From positions 27,283 through 91,282 of the forward strand of contig JAWXUH010000003.1 in NCBI GenBank assembly GCA_044432745.1: a stretch of 64,000 nucleotides of DNA, in the 5' to 3' direction. This document shows positions 41,801 to 49,112 of the stretch, one piece after another. Below the pieces are notes generated by a model. It was given only the letters and a program-made list of their open reading frames with translations. It was not told the DNA's origin and did no database searches. Source of the DNA: a bacterium. GTDB lineage: Bacteria > Bacillota_I > Bacilli_A > RF39 > UBA660. Within the stretch, counting starts at the first letter, position 1. The number at the start of each line of letters is the position of its first letter. The position numbers were made by a program, and so were the translations under genes.

Positions 41801-42998
41801 ACAATTCAGTCTTATAATCTATATTAATTTGAAAACTACCAGTACTTGATCTATCATCTATATTAATAATTAAACTATTAACTATATTTTTATTAAAATA
41901 CCATTTTGTATCTACTTCATAATCAAACTTAGAATCTTCTTGTTTTTTTAATACTGATGCATTTTGATAAGAAACTACTATGTCAAATAAATCACCACTA
42001 AAATTGAATTTTTCATTTAATTCAGAAGTTAAATGTTCAAGAGGATAAGTTTGTCTTTTGAACAAATTTCTCTTTTGAATTGCTAATTTGTTTACAACAT
42101 CTAAATAAGTATCTTCATCAGATATATTTACTTTTAACACTTGTGGATTTACAAACATACCACAAATATTTCTCTCAGCACTACCTTTTCTATTTAAAGT
42201 AGGAGAACCAAAAACTACGTCATCTTTATTAGATAACCTTTTTATGTATAAAGCCACTAAAGCTTCAAAAAATATTGATTCATATATACCATTATCTGAA
42301 CAATATTTTTTAATTTCTGCTGCGTCCTCTAAACTATAATTATAGGTAAAACGATCAGCTTCAATACTGTCAGTAATTTTATTAGAAAAGTTAAAAACTT
42401 CCACTTCGTCTTTAAATAAATTACCAAAATATTCTTTATCTTCTAAATATTTATCACTGCTTAAATATTTTTCTTCTCTCTCTATAAATTTTAAATAAGA
42501 ATTATTAGAGTCTACTAACTCCTCACCTAGTAATAACTTTTCATATGCACTTCTTATTTCTCCGCCTGTTATACCAAGTGAAAATGCATCATATATAATA
42601 TGACTAGTTTTTATATATACATCAAATTTATTATCTGAATGCTTTATCAATTTAAAAGTAACTAAATCATCAGTTAATTTTTCTACTGTCCATAGCTCGA
42701 ACATTTCTTCCTTCTCTTCTTCACTAAGTTCAGTAAAATCATATTCTTCTATGTTTTTATTTTTATAATCAGACACATACTGATATGTAGTGTTATCTTT
42801 TTCTAATAATTTAATTCTCATTCCATCACTATTTCTAATAACGTAATTAATAGCTTCATTTAACAAATCATATTTATAAATAAGACCATCTAAAGATAAT
42901 TTCCCAGATAAATATGTGATGTTAGTTTCTTGATGATTTTTTCCCATCATCAAAACAGATTTTTGTGGTTCTGTTAATTCATACAATTTATTGTTCAT
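38844..42998 (-). CDS. Single-module non-ribosomal peptide synthetase, C-A-T-R architecture
   Basis: C domain SHIIYDAF (aa 132-139). A domain AIHTSGSSGVPKV (597-609), YGPTETT (737-743), YKTGD (816-820), GRDDNQIKINGLRIE (834-848) and SGKIDR (921-926). PCP LGGSS (974-978). Thioester reductase VTGAGGYLG (1050-1058) with YMLSK (1206-1210). Confidence 0.9.
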   Translation of the reverse strand: MNNKLYELTEPQKSVLMMGKNHQETNITYLSGKLSLDGLIYKYDLLNEAINYVIRNSDGMRIKLLEKDNTTYQYVSDYKNKNIEEYDFTELSEEEKEEMFELWTVEKLTDDLVTFKLIKHSDNKFDVYIKTSHIIYDAFSLGITGGEIRSAYEKLLLGEELVDSNNSYLKFIEREEKYLSSDKYLEDKEYFGNLFKDEVEVFNFSNKITDSIEADRFTYNYSLEDAAEIKKYCSDNGIYESIFFEALVALYIKRLSNKDDVVFGSPTLNRKGSAERNICGMFVNPQVLKVNISDEDTYLDVVNKLAIQKRNLFKRQTYPLEHLTSELNEKFNFSGDLFDIVVSYQNASVLKKQEDSKFDYEVDTKWYFNKNIVNSLIINIDDRSSTGSFQINIDYKTELFTRSEIENMFNRLLVIAKQVMNDVNMKVDDISVFSKKDYEIMSEFNSSEFNEFDQSTIDVFESNAENYPDNIALVYDGKSYTYSELNSYANSLANYFVEEDLIKSDIVPIVGNRNFYTIVSIIAMLKIGKAYFVIDDEQYPTNRIDFLINEVQSNLMLTYGTNYNNSEVEKIDIIKLLHLDTKNPVRQKYKKDNIFCAIHTSGSSGVPKVTVIPDEGVLNMGINNSYLLNDSDSMLSVICMGFDAFLEDVWVPLLNAKTLILTTNEELVNVNSIIDLIQKNESLAINLTPTRLKQIISNTDVSLNNLNTIIIGGEKLSQDLINEVNILCDNPSVYYLYGPTETTVFNCGKLIENSTHSVGKPIKNFKLFIKDKHGIDLPTNQIGEIVVMGTGVALGYYNKEELTSEKFYNSNGNRFYKTGDYGYVNMESELVFCGRDDNQIKINGLRIEIDEVENVMNNFENIALCSVNVQKNNEESLLVGYFESNTDIDLNILRDHMENILPLYMVPHIFVKLDKIPLTNSGKIDRNSLPVIDYSKHLESIYEAPYTSVQETIISVWEDILNIKPIGISSTFESLGGSSKMKIDMISRLEKELSVKINLMYLPKKVTVASIAELIEIKANREKDINLEEYDLNIFSEEIKEINLQNAILVTGAGGYLGSHILEYLTYRNENVYVIVRNVEKFKNALEFYFDNSEEILSRTNILIGDLSKEKFGLTDDQYNTLISEVGIIYNSAANVSHFASIEDSKKDNVDAVYNLMKISAINGAVLNQVSTITISGIGMSTQNNNNLVFTEDRLDIGQDVSHDAYMLSKFKAEELISKAKEKGLASNVYRLGYIDERSYDNKFQINEDTSIFKMIVDTIKEIKYFPRAAIDAKIQLMSVDETVKNIIKLSNLTGNETYHIYDNSIELLTDYLRYKGVEFEVIDDEKFFEFADAKIEETHNPNYTIVYQYLNSYIENPTSNLISNDYTNLKLKISSNVRIRDKK

Positions 42999-43265
42999 TG
43001 TTACTCTCTCTTTTTTGATTTTTATTTTACTCTAGCTAAAATTAAAAGTCAATCAATATAACACAAAGTATACATAAAAAAAAACATAATTAGTATTATA
43101 TTTTTAATTTTTTTGTATTTCTATTATTATACTAGTTTCAGTTTCTTTTAATTTAATTTCTTCATTATCTTCGATATCAATTATCAATTGTTTCTCATTG
43201 TTTGTAATGACAGCCATAAAATCACCTTTTCTATATTTTAAATAATAACAAAAAAATAATATAAG

Positions 43266-43278
43266 GTCAACAATTGAC
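43266..43278. promoter_or_regulatory. Perfect inverted repeat GTCAA-N3-TTGAC overlapping a promoter-like -35 for the NRPS operon
   Basis: Minus strand reads GTCAATTGTTGACC; TTGACC, 17 nt spacer, TATTAT follows. It lies just downstream of the XRE gene stop. Confidence 0.4.
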
Positions 43279-43296
43279 TTTGAGTTTTATTTCAAC

Positions 43297-43539
43297 TTAG
43301 TTTTTTAAATTACCATCTCCTACACCTAGAAAAAGGTAATCCATAGATACTTTAGCAAAATTACATAGTTCTATTGCTTTATCAAGAGATAAAGATCCTT
43401 TGCCATTGATAACTAGTCCCATGTTTTGACCACTAGTACCTATTGCCCTGCCTAGTTGAACTTGACTCATTCCATCTAACTTCTCTACTCTGATTTTTTC
43501 TATTCTTTTTCCAATTTCTATTTTTCTACTAACTTCCAT
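43297..43539 (-). CDS. XRE-family HTH regulator
   Basis: 80 aa with HTH_3 (IGKRIEKIRVEKLDGMSQVQLGRAIGTSGQNMGLVINGK). Confidence 0.8.
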   Translation of the reverse strand: MEVSRKIEIGKRIEKIRVEKLDGMSQVQLGRAIGTSGQNMGLVINGKGSLSLDKAIELCNFAKVSMDYLFLGVGDGNLKN

Positions 43540-43606
43540 ATTTTACCTCCTATATATAAAAATAAAATATCATAAAAAAATATTTTTCATTAAAACCTTT
43601 TATGTC

Positions 43607-43641
43607 AAACTAGTAGAACTACCAGTTCTACCTTCTAGTTT
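43607..43641. promoter_or_regulatory. 35-bp nested palindrome in the divergent XRE / response-regulator promoter region
   Basis: AAACTAG-TAGAAC-TACCA-GTTCTA-CCTT-CTAGTTT. It overlaps the predicted -35 of the response-regulator promoter. Confidence 0.5.
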
Positions 43642-43656
43642 CATAATATCGATTTA

Positions 43657-43665
43657 TGATATAAT
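43657..43665 (+). promoter_or_regulatory. Extended -10 (TGaTATAAT) for the response-regulator gene
   Basis: TG at 43657-43658 and TATAAT at 43660-43665. AAGGAG SD lies 8 nt before the ATG at 43689. Confidence 0.55.
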
Positions 43666-43688
43666 ATTTTAAAGAAGGAGATAATACT

Positions 43689-44477
43689 ATGGAACCTATG
43701 AATATATTAATATTAGAAGATGATGAAAAAGAAGTAAAAAAATTTACAAGTTGTATTGCATCAAGAGATGAAATCAACTTGATAAGCACTACCAATTCTT
43801 TAGAAGATGCTTTACATATAATCAAAAATAACTTTATAGAAGGAATTGTAGTAGATATAGAATTAAACAAAGGACTTGGTGGATCAGGATTAGATTTCTT
43901 AAAAGAACTTCAAAATTTAGATATAGATTTTAAACCTATTTTAATAGTAACAACTAATAATGAAGCAGACACTGTATATAATGCTTGTAAATCCCTAGGA
44001 GTAGATATGTTATTTCACAAAAGTAAAGAAGATTACGAACCAACATTTGTACTAAATCAATTTATAACATTAAGACCATTTATAAAACGTAATACTAAAC
44101 AAAATATAAAAAGCAAATTAGAAACTGAGATAGAAAGACAAAAAAGAATATCTGAATACATTGAAGAAGAAATGAATTTGATAGGATTACCACCTCACTT
44201 AAAAGGATCTAAATATATAAAAGAAGCTATTGAGTACTTAATTAACAATCAAAATCATGAGGAAAATTACTACACGGCATACTTAGAAGAAAAATATAGA
44301 ATAAGAAAAGGTTCTATTAGTACATCTATGCAAGATTCTATTAACAATGCGTGGAGAAATACACCTGAAGAAGATATATTAGAACATTTTAAAGCAAACA
44401 TTTCTTATTCAAAAGGAACTCCTCTACCCGCACAATTTATACATTATTACGTTGAAAAAATACAAAGAAGAATATAA
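43689..44477 (+). CDS. Response regulator with a REC domain and a Spo0A_C-like DNA-binding domain
   Basis: REC (ILILEDDE..VVDIEL..). The C-terminus IGLPPHLKGSKYIKEAIEYL...SISTSMQDSINNAWRN parallels Spo0A VPAHIKGYLYLREAI...SRVERAIRHAIEVAW (from memory). Confidence 0.7.
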   Translation: MEPMNILILEDDEKEVKKFTSCIASRDEINLISTTNSLEDALHIIKNNFIEGIVVDIELNKGLGGSGLDFLKELQNLDIDFKPILIVTTNNEADTVYNACKSLGVDMLFHKSKEDYEPTFVLNQFITLRPFIKRNTKQNIKSKLETEIERQKRISEYIEEEMNLIGLPPHLKGSKYIKEAIEYLINNQNHEENYYTAYLEEKYRIRKGSISTSMQDSINNAWRNTPEEDILEHFKANISYSKGTPLPAQFIHYYVEKIQRRI

Positions 44478-44499
44478 CACTTAAAAGTGTTATTTTTTT
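44476..44499 (+). terminator. Terminator after the response-regulator gene
   Basis: AACAC-TTAAAA-GTGTT followed by ATTTTTTT. Confidence 0.55.
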
Positions 44500-44634
44500 A
44501 TGTCTTTTTTTATTAGTTATACTTTTTTAACTATTTTTTTTACATGTAATCTCATCAAAGAAAATGCTTATTTCCTATAAACTAACCTTAAGGCTAGAGG
44601 GTATCTAGTCAAGAATAAAAAGGTGGTGAAAAGA

Positions 44635-44676
44635 ATGCAAGGGTTTTTCAAATATTTATCTGGATTTATACTTTAA
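44635..44676 (+). CDS. Stand-alone 13-codon ORF (MQGFFKYLSGFIL), a candidate signalling or leader peptide
   Basis: Strong SD AAAGGTGGTGA 5 nt before the ATG. Its own terminator lies 13 nt after the stop. It sits between the response-regulator and kinase genes. Confidence 0.4.
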   Translation: MQGFFKYLSGFIL

Positions 44677-44689
44677 TATATTTTTAAGA

Positions 44690-44718
44690 AATCAAATGAA
44701 TTTTATTTGATTTTTTTA
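44690..44718 (+). terminator. Rho-independent terminator after the 13-codon ORF
   Basis: AATCAAAT-GAATTTT-ATTTGATT followed by T5. Confidence 0.65.
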
Positions 44719-44733
44719 TTGGAGGAATATATA

Positions 44734-44769
44734 TTGTTTTTTTTATATTTTTTTGTTAGAATATATTAA
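44734..44769 (+). CDS. Possible TTG-initiated 11-codon ORF (MFFLYFFVRIY) just upstream of the kinase gene
   Basis: GGAGG (44721-44725) lies 8 nt before TTG 44734. The stop is 11 nt before the kinase ATG. T-rich DNA could produce this by chance. Confidence 0.15.
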   Translation: MFFLYFFVRIY

Positions 44770-44780
44770 TTGAGGATACT

Positions 44781-46235
44781 ATGGAATATTTTAACAAAAT
44801 TATATCTTTTTTTATTATGTATAATTGTTCTTATTACCTATTTAATAAAAGTTTAAATTTAACTAAAAAAAAAGATTGTAAGGTTTACAAAATAGTTTTT
44901 TCTTTTTTTCTATTATCTTTACTTCATGTGATTTTGCAACCATTTTTAAAAAAATTATTATCACTTATACTTACAAATATTATTTTTATAATAATAATTT
45001 TTTTCGATAATAAACATCATAATATAAAATTCAAAAAAATAATATTAAATGGAATATCATTTTATTTAGTGTGTTATTTTATAAGGTATATTGCATTATT
45101 AATATTTTCTATTCCTATATATAATATATATAATAGAACTACACCATTGTTTATTGACTTTAGAATTACAGATTTAATGACAATATATTTTGTATATAAA
45201 TTTTCAAATTCAAAAAAATTCAAAAAGAAAATAAATATTATAAAGGATACACCAGAGCAGGATGATTTACTGCTAATAATTATATTTTTTTTATTGATAT
45301 CCATTACCATTTATTTATTTTGGATGTTTCATAATGAAAAAAAACTTTTTTTTGATTTGTTTGATTTGTACTTATTTCTACTAATCATTTTCCTATCTAT
45401 ATTCTTCTTTACGTATCTACGAAAGCAAATAAGTGATAGATATAAAGATATAGCTCAAAATAGAACTATAGATAATTTAAATAATATTATTAAAGAAAAA
45501 GATAAAGAAATATCAAGACTCACTGACATAGCTAAACTAGCGCATAAAACAAATCATGAACTTGATATACTTAAAAATAAAATTAATAAACTTAACTCTA
45601 AGGATATGAAAAAAGAGCTTAACAATATAGAAAATTCTTTTAGAAAAGGTATTGATAAAAAAAATAGTTCAAGTTTATTACAAGAGACTAAAGTAAAAAC
45701 AATAGATGATACTTTAAGATACTTTCAAGATAAATGTAAAACAAAAGATATAAACTTTACAATTAAAATAAATGGTAGTGTAAATTATATGACGGATAAC
45801 CTTATAGATGTTAATAAATTAAATACAATATTATCTGATCATTTAAAGAATGCTATAATTTCTATTGAGAATACTGAAGAAAAGTTTAAAAGTATATTAT
45901 TAGTAATAGGAGAACTTGAAAACAATTATGGAATCAAGTTTTATGATACAGGAATTAATTTCAAACCTACTACCCTACTTTCTCTAGGAACTAAACCTAT
46001 AACAACGCATAAAAATAAAGGTGGTACTGGATTAGGAATGCTTACAACTTTTCAAGTTGCTAAAGAATGTAAGGCTAGCATAGAAATAGAAGAAAATGTT
46101 AAAAAAGATTATGAATATAATAAAATTATTAGTATTATATTTGATGATTTAAATGAATTTAGAATTAAATCTTATAGAAATGACAAACTTAAATTAAAAA
46201 ATAAAAACAAAAAAATCAAATTTATTAAGAAATGA
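44781..46235 (+). CDS. Multi-TM GHKL sensor histidine kinase with AgrC/ComD-like topology
   Basis: About 6-7 TM helices in aa 1-215, a coiled linker, a candidate H-box LAHKTNHELD, an N-box SDHLKNAI and a G-box KGGTGLGM. Confidence 0.65.
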   Translation: MEYFNKIISFFIMYNCSYYLFNKSLNLTKKKDCKVYKIVFSFFLLSLLHVILQPFLKKLLSLILTNIIFIIIIFFDNKHHNIKFKKIILNGISFYLVCYFIRYIALLIFSIPIYNIYNRTTPLFIDFRITDLMTIYFVYKFSNSKKFKKKINIIKDTPEQDDLLLIIIFFLLISITIYLFWMFHNEKKLFFDLFDLYLFLLIIFLSIFFFTYLRKQISDRYKDIAQNRTIDNLNNIIKEKDKEISRLTDIAKLAHKTNHELDILKNKINKLNSKDMKKELNNIENSFRKGIDKKNSSSLLQETKVKTIDDTLRYFQDKCKTKDINFTIKINGSVNYMTDNLIDVNKLNTILSDHLKNAIISIENTEEKFKSILLVIGELENNYGIKFYDTGINFKPTTLLSLGTKPITTHKNKGGTGLGMLTTFQVAKECKASIEIEENVKKDYEYNKIISIIFDDLNEFRIKSYRNDKLKLKNKNKKIKFIKK

Positions 46236-46317
46236 TTATAGTTAAATCATTTTTTTATTTGAAATTTTATAAAAAAAGTGATATATTAGTAACTATTAAA
46301 AAAGGGGAAAATATAAA

Positions 46318-47943
46318 ATGAGAAAGAGATTATTAAATGATATGCATTTAAAAAGTAATGATACTTTAACAATAACCGAGGAGGAATATTCAAATTTTTT
46401 AAAAAGACCTACTACAACTTTAACAAGAGTGGAAAATTTTATTAAAGTAGTATCTAATGATGAAAATTATAATCAAATATTAAATTATTACAAAAATGAA
46501 AATTTAGAATTAAAAATATCATATATAAAAAAAATACAAGATAAAGATATAATACTATACGATTCTATTAAAAATTTAAAAGAATATATTAAAGATTCTT
46601 TTGAAGCTTTTGATTTAACAACTGAAGAGAGAAACAGAATTGATCATTTAAACAAAATAATATATATTGATCATTATTTTGAAAACAAGAAAGATGATAT
46701 ATACGAAATAACTATAGATAATATGTTAGTACGTGTACCTGTAAGATTAATTAACTTGGTATTAACACTTGGTAAAGAAGATTTAGAAACATTACTAAAT
46801 GATAAAGATGTATCTGGAATTAAAAAAGAACATTTGATGCATGCTACGTATGCATATTGTGAAAAATATGTAATAAATAAATATGAAATACCTAGTAAAA
46901 TAGAAAAAAGAATATTTAATATAAAAATGCATCAATTAGTAGATACACAATCATTAAATTTATATTTAGAAAATACAGATACTTTATATAAAAAACTAAC
47001 ACTAAATACTAAGTTAAAAGAAGCAATATTAAGTGGTATGCCAGAAGATTATAACTTACTAGAAAAATCTATACATATGTATTTAAATATGTGTAATTTA
47101 TTAACATATGATGAAGCATATTATGCATCAGATGATAAAAATAGAGAAAAATCTAAACATACTAAATTAGAGTATATAGAAGAAATATCACTAGATAACA
47201 ATAAAATCGTATGTTTTGAATTTATATTAATGTATACGCACTTGCTAGATGAATTAGGAATTAAATTCATAACATATTACCAAAATATGGAAGAAATAAA
47301 CTATGGTAAAGGTCATGTAAATGCTAGTTTTAGAATAGATAAATTTTTAATAAATGTAGATCCACTTACATCAATACATCAAGGAGATATTGTGCAAGTA
47401 AAATTAAATCAACCAATATCAGGAATAATCTGTGAAAATTTTAATAACAATACAAATGATGAGTTAGTTAGCACTATAGATAACGTATATAATAATTTTT
47501 TAGAAAATAATAATAGTAAGTTAAATAAAAAACTAATTTCTGAAGATTTTCAAAAATTAGTATTTAAAGAAAAATTAATATTATTTAACGAAAAAATAAA
47601 AGAGAACAAATTAACTAACATGGATTTTATGTCATACTTAATTCAATTAAAAAAAGTGTTATTTACTCAAAAAGAGCATAAAAGCAATATATCAATGTTA
47701 ATGATAATTGAAAATATAAATGAAAATATAAATAGTAGAATGATTGTGTCTATTAATGACGGTACGTTCTTATATAATATCGAAGATACTATATATTATA
47801 TTAGTGATGATTTTGGCAATTTAATTGAAATTAAAAAAGAAGCAATAGAAGATAATTTTAATACAGGTATTTATATGTATACAAACGAATATAATAACAA
47901 AATTCCTGGAATAATCGAAGGTAAAGGAAGAAAATTTAAGTAA
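46318..47943 (+). CDS. Cytoplasmic protein with a transglutaminase-like (papain-fold) Cys-His-Asp core
   Basis: VCFEFILMYTHLLDELGIKF (Cys) ... GKGHVNASFRIDKFLINVDP (His, Asp). Promoter-like TTGAAA-17-(TG)aTATATT and a GGGGA SD lie upstream. Confidence 0.45.
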   Translation: MRKRLLNDMHLKSNDTLTITEEEYSNFLKRPTTTLTRVENFIKVVSNDENYNQILNYYKNENLELKISYIKKIQDKDIILYDSIKNLKEYIKDSFEAFDLTTEERNRIDHLNKIIYIDHYFENKKDDIYEITIDNMLVRVPVRLINLVLTLGKEDLETLLNDKDVSGIKKEHLMHATYAYCEKYVINKYEIPSKIEKRIFNIKMHQLVDTQSLNLYLENTDTLYKKLTLNTKLKEAILSGMPEDYNLLEKSIHMYLNMCNLLTYDEAYYASDDKNREKSKHTKLEYIEEISLDNNKIVCFEFILMYTHLLDELGIKFITYYQNMEEINYGKGHVNASFRIDKFLINVDPLTSIHQGDIVQVKLNQPISGIICENFNNNTNDELVSTIDNVYNNFLENNNSKLNKKLISEDFQKLVFKEKLILFNEKIKENKLTNMDFMSYLIQLKKVLFTQKEHKSNISMLMIIENINENINSRMIVSINDGTFLYNIEDTIYYISDDFGNLIEIKKEAIEDNFNTGIYMYTNEYNNKIPGIIEGKGRKFK

Positions 47944-47982
47944 AAAAAAAGACATATATTTTAAATTTTATATGTCATTTTT
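47942..47982. terminator. Bidirectional terminator
   Basis: A9-GACATATA-N10-TATATGTC-ATTTTT between convergent genes. Confidence 0.6.
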
Positions 47983-49001
47983 CCAAATCTACTAGTTGGT
48001 ACAAAACCAGCTTCAGCAGATACTAATTCTTCTAGCCTGTTTACAACAGTACCACAAGTTAAACCTACTGTATCTGGTCTCTCTATAACTAAATTAGTAT
48101 TAGGTTCACCTATTACACTCCAGTTATTTCTGTCAAAGTCATTCTCACTATAGACTTTACCAATACACTCAGATTCTATATTTATTCCCTCTTTAGTCTT
48201 TGTAGTTACAACCGCACTCATTCCAGTACACATTCCCCTTTTAATATCCATTCCAAGCGTTGTTGAATGTATATCTCCATCAAAATATGTAGGAATGCAT
48301 TTTTGAGTTTGAGAAACTACTGTTAATCCTAAGGCATCACAAAGCCATCCATTAACACTCCACATATAACTTGGTAAAAAATCACCTTTAGCTATAAGTT
48401 CGTCTCTCTCTTCAACTGAGATATTATCAGCTGAAGCAATTTTTTCTTCAAATTCTTCTGTTGTATAACCAGAACCATGAGCTTGCGCTAAAGCAATACC
48501 ATAATCCTCTACATTATAAGAACTTGATCCTTTGATTTCTTTAATTTCTCCTGTTGCACCAGCAATAGTAGTAATTAAATTACCCCAGAAAGCATCTTGA
48601 TATCCACTACCTGTGATTGTACAATTGTTAAGTTTAGCCAATGTATCTATTTTTCTAGTTAACTCTGGGTTACTATTAAATGGATAAAAAGCTTCCTCAC
48701 ACGTAGTAATAGCATTAATACCTAGTTTAGCACATAACATCAGAGCTTCTTCGCAATCACTTAGTAAGCTCATAGTAGTAATTATACAAACATCTGGCTT
48801 TACACTTTGAAGCATAGTTTCTGCGTCCTGAACTGAAACAATTTTTATATTTTTATCTTCAGTACCAAGAATCACACTAATATCTTTTCCTATTAAATCT
48901 TCATTAACATCTACTGCACCAACTACCTCATAACCCTTTTTTAAGGCAAATTTCATAGTGTACAAAGACATTTTACCACATCCATATTGAACAATTTTCA
49001 T
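47961..49001 (-). CDS. DapB-fold NAD(P)-dependent amine dehydrogenase (2,4-diaminopentanoate dehydrogenase-like)
   Basis: N-terminal Rossmann MKIVQYGCGKMS, about 346 aa, overall resemblance to the Ord/AmDH family as recalled. Confidence 0.5.
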   Translation of the reverse strand: MKIVQYGCGKMSLYTMKFALKKGYEVVGAVDVNEDLIGKDISVILGTEDKNIKIVSVQDAETMLQSVKPDVCIITTMSLLSDCEEALMLCAKLGINAITTCEEAFYPFNSNPELTRKIDTLAKLNNCTITGSGYQDAFWGNLITTIAGATGEIKEIKGSSSYNVEDYGIALAQAHGSGYTTEEFEEKIASADNISVEERDELIAKGDFLPSYMWSVNGWLCDALGLTVVSQTQKCIPTYFDGDIHSTTLGMDIKRGMCTGMSAVVTTKTKEGINIESECIGKVYSENDFDRNNWSVIGEPNTNLVIERPDTVGLTCGTVVNRLEELVSAEAGFVPTSRFGKMTYKI

Positions 49002-49112
49002 AACTTTTTCCCTCCTAGTATAAGATTAACATTAAAAAAATTATATATCTACTATTTACACAAAAAAATACAATTACTTTACAAAAAAAAATATAAATGT
49101 AAATTTATATTT

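Noticed and set aside
43104-43217. Apparent 37-codon ORF with a GGTGA SD upstream of the NRPS (MAVITNNEKQLIIDIED...).
   Set aside because: Careful re-reading shows ATG GCT GTC ATT ACA AAA CAA TGA. The frame stops after 7 codons. The longer reading needs a 1-nt deletion in an A-run, so there is no intact small ORF.
47961-49001. The amine-dehydrogenase-like gene looks somewhat richer in G+C than its neighbours, which could indicate recent horizontal transfer.
   Set aside because: This was judged by eye only. Conserved enzymes in AT-rich genomes are commonly a little more GC-rich. It cannot be supported without a computed composition or codon analysis.
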